From assembly GCF_009914755.1 (NCBI RefSeq), contig NC_060932.1: 64,000 bases of DNA. One strand, given 5' to 3'. The notes below the pieces were generated by a model. It searched no databases. It was not told the DNA's origin and saw only the letters and a list, made by a program, of their open reading frames with translations. The stretch comes from the human T2T-CHM13v2.0 reference genome, Homo sapiens. A program made the translations under genes and the position numbers. How positions within the stretch are numbered: the stretch's first letter is position 1; each line of letters begins with the position of its first letter. Of the stretch, positions 38,800-52,345 are shown one piece after another.

Positions 38800-39040
38800 A
38801 TAAAATAACTACCATTTTTTAATACCTACTTGATATCAAGCACTTAACTGAGACATAGTCCTACTATATACCAGACACTTAAACAAGTCATCTCTAATTC
38901 TTACAAGACAGCTATAAAATATGCATCACCTGCTCACCCCATCTTCTATTTTAGAGATGAGAAAATGGAGAGTAAACAGTTTGTGAAAGTCGCTAAGCTG
39001 GTGGTTATAATGCAGTGCCAGAACCAGAATTTAGGTCTAG
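38800..39040 (-). mobile_element. MIR
   Basis: 'ctactatataccagacact...ctattttagagatgagaaaatggagag'. Confidence 0.6.
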
Positions 39041-39559
39041 GGAAATCTCAAAATCATATTACTTTTTACAAAAATCTCCAACATCAAAGCTGGACTCTAT
39101 GCCAACTGTCAGTGAATGACACTTTGAAAGAGTCAGCAGGAACTGTTGGCATGACATGGAGTGACAGTTTCCTCTTCAGCCCAGACCCCTGGTGGTGATT
39201 TCTCTTTCTCTTGAGAGATAGAACAGTCTACTCTGTGACCAAGATACACATGATGTTATAAGCTGCTTTTAGAGAGTGATGTAAATGCATGAGTATTTAT
39301 TAGTAACTGATAGTAAAAAAAAATAGGCAATGGGAAGCACAAATCTGCAACTAGTTAAAGTGGGAGGTTAACATTCCAGCCAGATTGTAAAAGGATAAGG
39401 CTGGAGATATGACTTTCAGTTGCAGAAAATAAGGTAAACTCTATTATGTGCTCAGTGTCTTCCATTATAAAAATAAAATATTCAGAGAGAGACAGAGAGA
39501 GCAAGAAAATAGCATAAAGTGTGCTAAGTAAAAGCATAATGGTCAAATGGGCTTCAACT

Positions 39560-39790
39560 GTTTCTGTTCTGATACTGGCTATGCAAAAACAATACTGGAG
39601 CAATTTACTTAAATTGTGGTGGTGGAAAGCGTACCTCATCTCTCTGGCATCCAGTTCTCTCATACGTAAATTAGAAAAAAGTAACTATTCTTAACTCATA
39701 GATGTAAGAGAGAATTAAATGAGGTAATACAGGAAAAAGGCTTAGAACAGCCTCTGGCAATACACTAAGCACTCAGTAAATGTTAGTTAG
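39560..39790 (+). mobile_element. MIR
   Basis: 'cagttctctcatacgtaaatt...gagaattaaatgaggtaatac...gcttagaacagcctctggc...taagcactcagtaaatgttag'. Confidence 0.7.
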
Positions 39791-40001
39791 AATCTTAGTC
39801 TAGACTAGCATGTTGAAATTAGCATTGTTTTGTGGGTCAGAAGATGAGAGTTCAAACGTGAGCATAGAGCCATTACCCAGAGACATCTACATTTTTTTCA
39901 TTTGTAAAATATAGGTGCAAAAAATCCTTTAAGCTTTAATCAGTTATAATTCTCTGCTTTTGCTGTATTTAGACACTTTAATTCCTTTCTAGAAATATAT
40001 A

Positions 40002-40353
40002 CAGTCATTTCTAGGTATCAATGGGGGATTGGTTTCAGGACCTCCCATGGATACCCAAATTCGTGGATGCTCAAGTCCCTTATTCTTAATTGCCTAGTAT
40101 TTGCATATGAGCTCTCCACACTCTCCGTAGACTTTAAATCATCTCCTGATTACTTAAAATACCTAATGCGATGTAAATGCTATGTGAATAGCTGTTACAC
40201 TGTACTGTTAAGGGAATGCTGACCAAAAAAAAAAAAAAAATTCTGTACATATTTGGTACAGACACAAACATTCGCTTTTTTCCAAGTATTTTCCATCCAT
40301 GGCTAGTTGAATCATCCACAGATGCCGAACCCATGAATACAGAGGGCCGACTG
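40002..40353 (+). mobile_element. MER2 (Tigger-family non-autonomous DNA transposon)
   Basis: Termini 'cagtc...' and '...gccgactg', TA on the left; internal 'gggattggtttcaggacc...ggatgctcaagtccctta...acctaatgcgatgtaaatgctatgt'. Confidence 0.92.
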
Positions 40354-40912
40354 CATTGCAAACTGAAAAACAGAACAAACCAAAACATGAAAGCATCCAA
40401 AAATATATTAAGCTGGTAGATAGAAAGATAGCTTAATGGGGACATGGTCATAGTATAAAGATTTTTTTTTTAAGTGCAACTCAAGGTTTTCTCAGGATTA
40501 AAAGAAATAAAAACCTGAAACCAGCCCAAAGTTTGCATTTCTCATTCTGAGAAAAGAATTTCCCGATATTGAACTACATGACATTTAATGACACATGGTG
40601 AAAATTTTATAGTAGGCCATACACCTATGAGTGACTCATAGTGTATTTTCTAGAAGAAAAAACGGTGCCCTATAAACCAAGGTAGGCCTTCTGAGAAAAT
40701 GAGGGGACTAAGAGTTGGTACTGCTTCTGGAGATTTGGAAAGCCAGTTTGATGACTGTTTTCCAAGTTGTGGTCACCATTTTTGGCCTCTGTATAGTCAC
40801 TGTAGTTTAACATCATGTTAATCAGGAAACAATTATGTCATACATAAAGTGGAGTTCAGGAAGTTTTATGGTAACCACGTTAAGTATACCCACTTACAAT
40901 CAAAACTACTTA

Positions 40913-41221
40913 TGCTTGGATGTGGTGACTCGCGCCTGTAACCCCAGCTCCAGGGAGGCTGAGGTGGGAGGATTCCTGAGGCCAGGAGTTCAAAGACCAG
41001 CCTAAGCAATGTTGCGAGACCCTGTCTCTACAAAAATTAAAAAGGGGAAAAAAAAATGTTGGGTGTAATGGTGCATGCTTGTAGTCCCAGCCACTTGGGA
41101 GACTGAGACAGAAGATTGCTTGAGCCCAGGGGTTCAAGGCTGCAATGATTCATTGTCACACTACTGCGCTCCAGCAGCTTGGGTGACAGAGTGAAACCCT
41201 GTCTCTAAAAAACAATCTAGA
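40913..41221 (+). mobile_element. AluJ
   Basis: 'ggaggattcctgaggccaggagttc...ttgagcccaggggttcaaggctgca'; TSD aaaactact. Confidence 0.93.
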
Positions 41222-41528
41222 AAAACTACTACTTAGCATATATTTACTTCTCTGCTTTCTTGCTTTTGGAACTAGAATTTTAGAGATACAGTTGAAATCG
41301 CAGTGGCGTTTATCTTATTTTCATCATCTTTCCATTCAGTCTGGGACAATTATTATGCTAAACTCAGTGTCTCTCCTTCTACAATACAGCAGCAAACATA
41401 ACTCCTTGGTCAGTCAAAATAGAAAGAGTATGGTTTCATTTTAAACATTTGCATACATTGGTTTTTCATCAACAAAAGTTTAAATTTCAATGTTATGTTC
41501 CTGAGATCTATTTATGTTGATACAAATG

Positions 41529-41590
41529 TTAGGTTTAACCTTATAAAATTGCCAACAATCCACTAGTTCTGACTTATACAAACAGCAGTA
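41529..41590. mobile_element. Possible MADE2-like mariner MITE relic
   Basis: 'ttaggtttaaccttataaaattgcc' resembles the MADE2 terminal repeat; the right TIR is not recognisable. Confidence 0.45.
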
Positions 41591-41661
41591 CATCTTTTTT
41601 TTCAGTTTAATTGCTGTATTATGCTCTGCAACTTTTAAAATATACCTCCTTGCTGATTCTA

Positions 41662-42973
41662 ATATATATATATATTTTTAATTTCAGCTTTTATTTCAGA
41701 TACAAGGTTATGTATATGTGTAGGATTTGTAACATTCATATATTCCACCCACATAGTGAGCATAATATCCAGTAGGTAGTTTTTCAATCCATAACCCCTG
41801 CCTGCCCCTTCTTGTAGTCCAGTGTCTATTGTTCCCATGTTTATGACCATGTATGCTCAGCGTTTAGCTTTTCTTACTTATAAGTGAGAACATACAGTTT
41901 TTGGTTTTCTGTTTCTGCATTTTCTTAGGATTATGGCTTCCAGCTCCATCTATGTTGCTGCAAAGAACACAATTTCATTCTTTTTATGGCTGTGCAGTGT
42001 CCCATGGTGTTTAAGCACAACATTTTCTTTATCTAATCCACCACTGATTGGCACATAGGTTGAATCCAAGTCTTTGCTATTGTGAATAGCATTGTAATTA
42101 CCATACAAGTGCATGTGTCATTTTGGAATAATGATCTATTTTCCTTTGGGTATATACTGGGTATGCTGGTTAGAATGGTAGCTCCTTTTTAAGTGCTTTA
42201 AGAAATCTCCAAATTGCTTTCCAGAATGGCTGAACTCTGGAAGTGTATATGCATTCTCTTTCTTCCTCAGCCTCTCCAGCGTCTGTTGTTTTTTGACTTT
42301 TTAATGATTGCCATCCTGACTAGTATGAGATGGTGTCTCATTGTGGTTTTGATTTGTGTTTCTCTGATTAGTGATTATGAGTGTTCAAATGTTTGTTGGC
42401 CACTTTTATGTCTTCTTTTGAGAAGTGTCTGTTTATGTTCTTTATTCATTTTTAAATGAGGTTATTTGATTTTTGTTTGGTGAATTAAGTTCTTTATAGA
42501 TGCTATATATTAGATCTTTGTTTTATGCATAGTTTGTGAATATTTTCTCCCATTCTATAGGTTGTCTGTTTACTCTGTCTATAGTTTATTTTGCTGTGCA
42601 GTAGCTCTGTAGTTTAATTTGGTCCCATTTGTCAACTTTTGTTATTGCAATTGCTTTTAGGGACTTAGCTAAACATTCTTCACCAAGGCCAATGTTGAGA
42701 AGGGGATTTCCTAGATTTTCTTTTAGTATTTTCATAGTTTGAGGTCTTAAGCCTCAAAGATATGAAATCTTTAATCCACTTTGAGTTAATTTTTGTATAT
42801 GGTAAAAGGTAAGGATCCAGTTTCATTATTCTGCCTATGGCTAGCCAGTTATCCCAGCACCTTTTATTGAATAGAGAGTGTTTTCCTCATTACTTGTTTC
42901 TGTTGGTCTTGTCAAAGATCACAAGGTTGTAAGCGTGTACCTTCGTTCATGAGTTTTCTATTCTGTTCTATTC
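41662..42973 (-). mobile_element. L1PA15/16-type 3' fragment
   Basis: L1 3'UTR and the ORF2 C-terminal region in reverse; same type as the element at 30 kb. Confidence 0.93.
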
Positions 42974-43044
42974 TTCTATATTTGTAATATTTTATGATTA
43001 TAAACTGTGCTCCAATTCATTTGCACAAGTCTATATTAAGAACA

Positions 43045-43548
43045 ATTAAAAGTCTGGAATTTTACCCTGTTTGTAAGCTAAATTAGCCTGCCACAGTTTT
43101 ATAAATTCTGAGAAAAGATACAAGGCTCCTGGGTCAGAGGCAAAGGATTTTATTACTCATAGCACAACAAGCAGCATGAGAATTAGCATATTTTCACCCA
43201 TTTCTCTTTTGTGCCCAGTTTCCATGGGAGCAACTTGTAGAGACCCAGGTGGATTCTATATACACAGTGGATTTGCATTAGAACTGAAGAACTCTGAGTT
43301 TATGGAGCCTAATTTTTTTGTAACACACCATAAACAAATATACCTGAAGTTTGTTCCAAAGGGAGACATTACTTTAATTGTACTAAATAGCAAGTAAACC
43401 TGCCCTCTACAGACATGATCTCTTTCTTCCAAGTCTGTTTACCTTACTAACATCCTTGAAAAGATAATTTGGAACAGAACAACAATTTGTAACTTTGCTT
43501 GCAAATATGTAGAAACTTGAGAGACCCATGAATAGTTGCCTCCCAGTA
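43045..43548 (-). mobile_element. ERVL-type solo LTR (MER76/LTR47-like)
   Basis: 'ctcctgggtcagaggcaaaggattttattactca...aacatccttgaaaagata...agaaacttgagagacccatg...tgcctccca'; exact family uncertain. Confidence 0.7.
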
Positions 43549-43833
43549 ATTAACTGGTCCATATATAAGAATTTGATGGGGACAGGTATCTAAACATAGA
43601 ATGACTAAGGATATCAGACGTGTGCATCAACACTGTTTTTCAAATATTGGGAAATTACTCTCCAAAGTTGTTATATCAATTTAGACTCCCATTATTGGTA
43701 TAAAAACTTAGCCTCTGTTTGTCTCAGTACTTGTTTTAATCCTTTCCTAACTGATCGTGAATATCTCATTGTTGTAACCTTCATTTATCCAGTTCCTAGA
43801 AATATCAAATTTATTTTCACATTTCTTAGTCTT

Positions 43834-44203
43834 TAATATGGTTAGGCTTTGTGTCTCCACCCAAATCTCACCTTGAATTGTAATCCCATAATCCCCACGT
43901 GTTGAGGGAGAGACCTGGTAGGAGGTGATTGGATCATGGGGCGTTATCCCCCATGCTGTTCTTATGATAGTGAGTGAGTTCTCATGAGATCTGATGGTTT
44001 TATAAGTGTCTGACCGTTCCTCCTCCTCCATACTCTCTCTTGCCGGCCGTCATTAAGACATGCCTCTTCCCCTTCCGCCATGATTGTAAGTTTCCTGAGA
44101 CCTCCCCAGCCATGCAGAACTGTGAGTCAATTAAATCTCCTTTCTTTATAAATTACCCAGTCTAGGGCAGTTCTTTATAGCAGTATGAGAATGAGCTAAT
44201 ACA
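43834..44203 (+). mobile_element. THE1 (THE1D-like) solo LTR
   Basis: 'atatggttaggctttgtgtc...catgattgtaagtttcctgag...ctaataca'; 5-bp TSD gtctt/gtcat. Confidence 0.95.
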
Positions 44204-44289
44204 GTCATTCAGGTTTCCTCACCTGTAAAGTTCCTTTTTTCATGCTTTATCATCCTTTTCCTGTACTGACCTGTCACCCTGCTGCTTAA

Positions 44290-45037
44290 AACCCTAGCAA
44301 GAGCATGCAGACAAACAGGTGCAGAGGCTGCAGGGAGTGCTTTTGGGCTCCATCCCCACAGCAGCATCAAGGGGTGAGTGTCTGCGACTCCCAAAGCCCA
44401 AATGGGCGTGTGTTACAGTGTGCTCTTTCAGCTTTGCTGTCTGCGGATGGCTTGTGTTAATCAGCTCAATAGACCCTCTGCCTTAAGACAAGGGCAGAGG
44501 GCCAGTGTGACAGCTTTCTGTATCCTGAGCTCTTGCCCAGTGTACCAGAAAAATCGGATCACACGTGGGCTCAAAGGATGAGTGCAAGGTTTGATTGAGT
44601 GGTGGAGGTGGCTCTCAGCAAGATGGACAGGGAGCCAGAAGGAGGAAATGGAGTAGGAAGCTGGTCTTCCCCTGGAGTTGGGCCACCTAGTGGCCAGACT
44701 CTTCTCTGACGGCCCCTGGCGGAATTCCCGTCAGTGTCCAGATGTCCCTCCTCTTCTCGCTTTCTCTTCCGCAACATTCCGCCATTGCTGGTCTGCAGGT
44801 CTGCTGGTGTCTGCTGCTCTGTTCTTCTGCTCCTCTGCCTGCTATGGTCTCAAGTTTATATGGGGGCAAGATGAAGGGCGTGGCAGGTCAGAGTGGTCTT
44901 GGAAAATGCAACATTTGGGTGCAAAAACAGGAGTGCCTGTTCTCACTTAGGTCTGTGGACACAGGCCCGAGGGTGCATCTCTCACCAGGGACCCCTTCCT
45001 TCTCTACCCAGCATTTCCCTGCCCGCCTCCCATATCA
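44290..45037 (-). mobile_element. ERV1 LTR of the MER52/LTR27/LTR28 group
   Basis: Sense start 'tgatatgggaggcgggcagggaaatgctgggtagagaagg...cccaaatgttgcattttccaagaccactctg'; locally GC-rich; left edge approximate. Confidence 0.8.
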
Positions 45038-45230
45038 TCTGTGATTTAAATTTCAAAGAACTTGAAACCCAAAAGTTATTCTTACCCAATTTCTAATTCC
45101 ACTCATTGTGAACTAGAGACATTCTTGGCACTCAGTAGAATTTGAAGCAGCTACAGCTACAGGAAGGTAAGTAGTTTTTTCAAGGCCTCCGAAGTAGAAA
45201 TAGTTCCACACCACGTTTCTAATGTACTTG

Positions 45231-48200
45231 GTTTTTTAAATTACATTTTTAATTTTAAGATAAAAAATAGATTCGCATGCAATTGCAAGAAATCAGAGAA
45301 ACTGTGGATCTTTTGCTCAGTTTTCCCCAACATAGCATCTTGCAAATTGCAATACAATATCACACAAAAATATTTACATAGCTAGACTCAAGAGACAGAA
45401 CATTCTACAAATATTTCTCATGTTGTCTTTTTATAGCCACACTCACTTCCCACTCACAGCCCTCCTTATTCCCTGGCAATTACTACTGTCCTTCATTTCT
45501 ATAATTCTGTCATTTCAAGAATGTTATAGAAATGGAATCATACTGTATGTTACCTGCTACCTTTCAGAATTGGCTTTTTTTTCTTTTTTTACTCAGCATA
45601 ATTAGAGATTTATTCACATTGTTGTGTGTATCAACAGTTCCTTTCTATTGCTGTGTAATATTGAATACTATGGATGTACCACAGTTTGTTTAATCATTCA
45701 TCATACATTAAAGGATATCAAAGTCCTTTTGGGTTATTATGAATAAAGGTAATAAGGATTTTACATAAGTACATAAATACATAAGCATTTATGTATAGGT
45801 TTTTGTGTGAACATAAAAGTATGTCTCTAAGATGATCATTCAGAAACACAGTTTCTAGGTCATATAAGATTAGAATGTTTTCAATTTTTTTTAAATTAAA
45901 ATAGTAAAGTGTTTTCCAGTTGGCTGCGCCATTTTACATTCCTACAATGTATGAGTAATCTAGTTTCTCGCATCCTTGCCAGCATCTGATGTTGTCACTA
46001 TTTGTATTTTTACCATTTTGATAGGTGTAGAGAGATATAATTGTGATGTTAATTTCCACTCCCCTAAGACTAATTATGTTGAACATCTTTTCATATGCTT
46101 ATTTGCCATCTGTATCTTCACCGCAGTGAAATGTTTCCTGACGTAATCTTCTTCATTTTCTAATAATGCTGGTTTTTTACTGTTTAATTTTGAGAATATA
46201 TATGTAATATATATTAAGACCTAGATTTTGTCAAATACTATATGTGGTTTTCAAACATTTTTTCTCCCATTCTATTATAGCTCCTCTCTTCATCCTCTTA
46301 ACGTAATCTTTTGCAAAAGAGAAGCATTAAATTTTGATGAAGTCTAATTTATTCATTTTTCAAATAAATATTGTTTGGGGTTTTTATCTAGGATCCCCTT
46401 GCCTAGCACTAGATCCTGAAGACTGAAGATTTTCTCCTGTTTTCTTCTAGAAGTCTTATAGTAATGTTTTATATTTAAATATGTGGTCTGTTTTGAGTTA
46501 AATTTTTTATAAGTTGTGAGAATCTGGTTGAAGTTTGATTTTTGCCTGTGGATATCCAATTGCTCCTGCACCATTTGTTGAAACGGCAATCTTTTTTTCC
46601 ACTAAATTGCTTCAGTACTTTGGTCAAAACTGTTGGGTATATTTGTCTTGCTCTATCTCTGGGTTCTCTGTTCTCATTTCTTAGTCTATATGTCTCTCCT
46701 CTGCCAATACCATGCATCCTTGACTACTGTAATTATATAAGAAGTTGAGATCAGACTGATTTCTTCTACATTATTAGTCATTTTTAAAGACTGTTTTAGC
46801 TATTCTGGTTCCTTTCCCTTTTCATATAAATTATTGAATACTCTATATCTAAAAAAACTCTCACTGAGATTTTGATAAAAATTGCCTGACACATGAATAT
46901 CAATTTGGGGAAGACTGGCATCTTGCTATGTTGAGTCTTCCAATCCAGGAGCTAGTATATTTCTCCATGTGTTTAGATCTTTTACTTCTTTTGTCAATAT
47001 TTTGTAATTTTTCAGCATACAAGTTCTTTATGTGTTTTGTTAGATTTATACCAAAGTATTTCATCTTTTTTTTAGTATTTTTAATTTGTGTCTACATGTT
47101 CAGAGGTAGTATATAGAAACACAATTAATTTTCATATTTTTATCTTATGAGATCTTGCTGAACTCATTTAGTCATTTATAAGTTCTGCTCATTATATTTG
47201 TCTGAGTTTTTTAAATAGTTTTTAAAAATTTTTCTATGTTGATAATCTTGTCTTCTGCAAGAAATAACAGTTCTATTTTTCCACTTGTTCTGTTTTTATT
47301 TTATCTCCTTCACTTGCGTTTTGCACTGGGTAGAATGTCCGGCACTATTTTGAATCAGAGTGGCGACAGTGGGCATCCTTACTTTGTTCCTTATCTTAAG
47401 GCTTTTGTCATTATAATGTTAGCTATAGTGTTTTTTTGTATAAGCTCTTTAACAGTTGAAGAAGTTTTCCTCTATTATTTTATTTTTCCTAAAGTTTTTA
47501 TTGTGAGTGGGTATTGAATATGGTTAAATGTTTTTATACATTAATATAATCATGTGTTCTTTCTTTTTTAGCTTTAATAAGGTGGATTACATTGATAAAT
47601 TTTCAAATATCAAACCAGCATTACATTCCTGAAATAAAACCCACTTGGTTGTGGTGTATAATAATTTTTACATATTGCTAAATTCTATTTGCTAATACTT
47701 TGCTAAGGATTTTTTACATCTAAATTCATGAGGAATATTGATTTGTCAGTAGTTTTTTTTTTGTTTCATCTTTGTCTGGTTTTGATACCAGAGCAATACT
47801 AGCTACATAAAATTAATTGAGAGGTGTTCACTACCATTTTCAGGAAAATCATGTAGAATTGGTGTTAATCTTTTCTGAGTATTTGGTAGAACTTTCTAGT
47901 AAACCATTTATGTCCAGAGATATTAAAGGAGGAAGTTTAATTATGAATTTAAATTATTTAGTAGTTATAGAACTATTCTGAATATCTTTTATAATTATTG
48001 AGTTGTAGCTGTCATTTTTCAAGAAATTAGTCTTTTTCATCTAAGTTTTTAAACTTATAAATGTAAAATCACTAATATTTCCTTATTTTCTTTTTAGATT
48101 TGCAGAGAATGTACTGCTATCACCTGATTTTCTTTTTGGTGTTGGTAATTTGCATCTCCTGTTTTGTTAGTCTTGATAGAGGTTTGTTAATCTATCTTAT

Positions 48201-51200
48201 TTTTTCAAAGAATTAGCTTTAATTCATTATGTTTTTCTATCTTTTTATTGTTTCAGTTTCATTAATTTCTGCCCTTATATTCATTGTTTTTATTATTCTG
48301 CTTGATTTGGACTTATTTTAATTTGCTCGTTTTCTAAGTTCTTAAAGTGGAGGCTTAGAGTTTTTATTTGAGACTTTTCTTTTTTCATAACTTACGCATT
48401 TAGAGCTATAAACATCTCTGTTATCACTGCTTTATCTGTCCTACAAATTTTGATATATTGTATTGCCATTTTCATTTCAGGTCAATGTATTTTTTTATTT
48501 CCTTTGAAAATTTCTCTTTGACCCATGGATTATTTAGAAGTCTGTTCTTTAGTTTTTAAGTGTTTGGCAATTTTACTGTTACCTTTTGGTTATTGATTTC
48601 TGGTTTCCATTGTAGTAGAGAATATACTCTATATGATTTCCATTTTATAAAAATTTGTTGAGGGCTGTTTTATGACCAAGGGTATGGTCTATTTTGTTAT
48701 ATAATTTGTGGAGCCTTAAAAAAATAATATTCAGCTCTTGCTAGGTGGACAGCTATATAAATATTCATTAAATCCTATTGATTGCTGGTGGCATTGAGTT
48801 GTTCTATATCCCTGCTGATTTTCTGTCTAGTTGTTCTATCAGTAGAAAGAGAATATTGAAGTCTATATCTAAAACTCTAAATTTGTCTGTTTCTCTTTTG
48901 AGTTCTATCAGTTTTGTTTCATGTATTTTGCAGCTCTGTTGTTTGGTACATGCGTATTTCAGATTGCTATGTCTTCTTGACTTATATATTTTTTTCTCAA
49001 TCTATAGTGTTCTTCTCTGTCTGCGATCATTATTTTTGCTCTACAGTATACTTTTTATAATATTAATATAGCCCCTTCTGCTTCCCTTAATGTTTGCATG
49101 ATATATTATTTTTCACTATTTTACTTTTGTCTATGTTGTTATATGTGAAGTGAGTGTCTTGTAGACAGCATATAGTTTGGTCATAATTTTTAATCCCCTC
49201 AGCCAAACACTCCCTTTTTGTTGATATGTTTAAGCAGTTTACATTTAATGTACTTATTGGTATGTTAGGACTCAAGTCTGCATTTTATATTTTTGTTTTC
49301 TAGTTTTCCTTTTTGTTTCTTTTCTCCTGCTCTTCTTTTTCTTACCTGAACACTTTATAGGATCTCATTTTGATTTATTTACAGTATTTTTCAGTATAAT
49401 TCTTTATATGGCTTTTATAGTGGTTGTTCTGAGTATTAAGTTTATATGACATAACTTATCATAGTCTACTGGTATCATCATTTTAGGGGTTTTAGTGAAA
49501 TATAGAAAGCTTATCTCCCTTTATGTCCCTTTACCTTCTCACATTTATATTACAGTCATCTTAAATATTTACCTACACAAATTGAGAATCAATTTAGACA
49601 GTGTTATACTCTCTACTTCAACTATCAAACATAATTTAGAAGACTCAAGAAGAGAAGGAGAACCTGTTGAACTCGCCCATGTGTTTCCTTACTGTGTTCT
49701 TCCTTCCTGCTGTTTCAAGATTTCTTATTTTATTATTCCCTTTCTGTTTAGAAAATTTCCTTTAGTCATGCTTACAGTGTAGGTCTCCAGGTGACAAATT
49801 CTTTTAGTTTTCATGGAATCTCTTGGTTCATGTTTTCTACCAAATTTAAAATGTTCTCAGCCATTATTTATTTAAGAGCTTTTTCAGCTTCTACTCTTTT
49901 TCTTCTACAACTCTGCTGACGCAAATGTTATATCTTCTGCTTTCTTTCCACAGGTCTCCTGAGGTTCTTTTTTTTTTTCTATTTTTTAATCTACTTTATC
50001 TCCCATCAGATTGTTTAGTTTCCATTGTTCAGTTTTCCAGTTTGCTTATTGATTTCTAATTTCCATTGTAGTAGACAATGTATGCTATATATAATATAAT
50101 ATTCATTTTAAAAATTGTCAAGGTTTGCTTATGGCCAAGGCTATAGTCTTATCTTGTTGTATATTTTGGGGTTCCTTGAAAAAAATTGTATTCCACTCTT
50201 GCTGTGTAGACTGCTATATAAATGTTAATTAAATCCTATTGATTTATGCCACCTGTATTCTGCTGTTGTGGCCATCCACTGAACTTTGTATGTGTTATTG
50301 TATTTTTGAGTACTAAATTTTTAATCTGGTTCTTATTTGCATCTTCTTTCTTTGCTAAGACTTTCTAATTCTTTTCTGAGGTTTTCTATTTTATAAAATT
50401 TGTTTCTAGTGTGTTTGTAGTTGCTTGTTGAAACAATTTTATTATGGCTGCTTTAAAATATTTGTCAGATATTTCTAATATATCTGATATCTCTGTATTG
50501 GAATCTATTTACTGCCTTTTTAATTTAGATCTTTCTGGTTCTTGGTAAAATGACTGATTTTCAATGGAAAGCTTAGCATATTTTAATTGTGCTATAAGAT
50601 TATGGATCTCTTATTTAAATCTTCTGTCTTAACTGGCTTTTTTCTGATTTCACTCTGGCATTACAAGAAGGAGACAATTCCTCATTACTGTCAGGTAAAG
50701 GCAGAAAACCAAATTTCCCACTTGGCCTCTGTTGACACCTAGGAGGGAGGCTTCTTGTAACTGTTGAGCTGTGGTGAGAGTTTTGGCTCTGAAAAGAGTC
50801 TCCACTGACACTGTAATGAGGATGGTCCCATTACTGCTGAAAGATTATGAACATCTTGACTCTTCACAAAGCCTTTTCTGACACCATCTCAGTAAGGAAA
50901 TAAGGGGTACCTTATTGCTGCCAGCCAGAGGTAAAAGTCAAGCTTTCCACATGGTCTACAGGTAAAGGGTGGCCTTGTTATTGTCTTGCTTGAATAAAAG
51001 TCCAATTTCTCTACTTGACTTTCTTGACACCACCCCAGCAGGGGTATTGAGGCATTTTGTTACATCTTTATGAGGCTCACCCCTCAGCCTTTGCTAAGTC
51101 TAGGCTCACCACTCAGCCTTTGCTTGCATGACTTGGAATAAGGCTAGGTCATCTGCAGTATTGTGCTTGAGTAGGGTTGTTATTGTCTAAAAGTTTTCTG

Positions 51201-51518
51201 TCTCACTAACTGGCCCCTTTCCTCATCCTTGGCTAGAGAGATCAGGCTTTTATTGAAGCTCTTGTAAAAAAAAAATCTGTGCCCATTGGTATTTCTAGTT
51301 TGATGGCTTCTCTAGTCCTAAGTGTGGTATATATTAGGCAAAAACAAAACCTAGCTAACTTACCACCTTGTCATTCCTCAGGATCCGAGGTTTCTAGCTG
51401 GTCTGCTCAGAGTCTTCTTATGCTTGCTTTATGTACAATATCCAGAGTTTTAATTTTACTTAGCACAGGTAATAGAGAAAAAGTATTTCCATTCAATTTT
51501 CCTGAAAATGAAAGTCCA
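45231..51518 (-). mobile_element. Near full-length ancient L1 (L1MC-type), degraded
   Basis: L1MC-like 3'UTR at 45.2-45.9 kb, ORF2 remnants up to the endonuclease start (ISTLNVN...ICCLQDTHF, 49087-49275) and an L1MC-type 5' end at about 51.5 kb. Confidence 0.88.
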
Positions 51519-51939
51519 CTGACACTGTAGATTTCTAAGAGCCTGAAGAGTTAATAGAACATACAAGTTTTTTTAGTTAGCAAAATATTGGAGATAACCT
51601 TCTGCTTCATATGTACAGATGTTCCCTAGGCCACACACAAATTTGAAAAACAATCTAATCTTCAGCCCCCTAAAGTAATTATCACTGGCAAAATTATGTT
51701 CCCAGAACACAATATTTACCATTGCCAAAAAGCATAGCAGAAACTCAGTGATATGTGAGTGAAAGGGAAAAACCTGGTATGGTCTTACCATATTGCTAGG
51801 TAGTTTGTGCCATATTTCTTGAATTAATGACTTATGAGTTTAAACTTAATTGAGAGAAATCTTCCAGCAATATTTTGGCATTATGCATTCACCTATTTTA
51901 GAAGAAAATCAACCTGTACATAATTTATTTCTAGTTGAT

Positions 51940-52345
51940 ACCCTGGTGTTTAACCTAGATCCCTTGTAGTGCCAACAAAGCCATGTCTTCAATTGCTGAT
52001 GACTGACAGCTAAGTCCTCACTGGGACTATTTCTTGGCTAATGGGATCTACTTCACTAAAGCCCACAGCCCTCCCAGGAGGCTGTGGCTCAGACAATGAC
52101 AGACTCATGTAGGGATACAAAGTGCTGTTTTCTTGCTGCAATTTGAGACAACTTTGAAAGGCCATTCTAGTTTCACAGATTTTTGTAGAACCTGCTAAGA
52201 ACTCAGTTGCCACCATATCATGACTCGTTTTCAACCAATGCTGTCTTCTGTCTTCCACACTTCCTTATAATTGTATCTTCTGATAAATTTCCTGCATGCA
52301 TTATTCATATTAAATTACTTTTTCTTGGAAAAAAATTTAAGCTCT
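51940..52345 (+). mobile_element. LTR16-type (ERVL) solo LTR
   Basis: 'caatgacagactcatgtagggatacaaag...gagacaactttgaaaggccattctag...ataaatttcctgcatgca'. Confidence 0.7.

Noticed and set aside
52069-52091. Small hairpin cacagcc...ggctgtg
   Set aside because: Short stem inside an LTR; too short for a pre-miRNA and expected by chance
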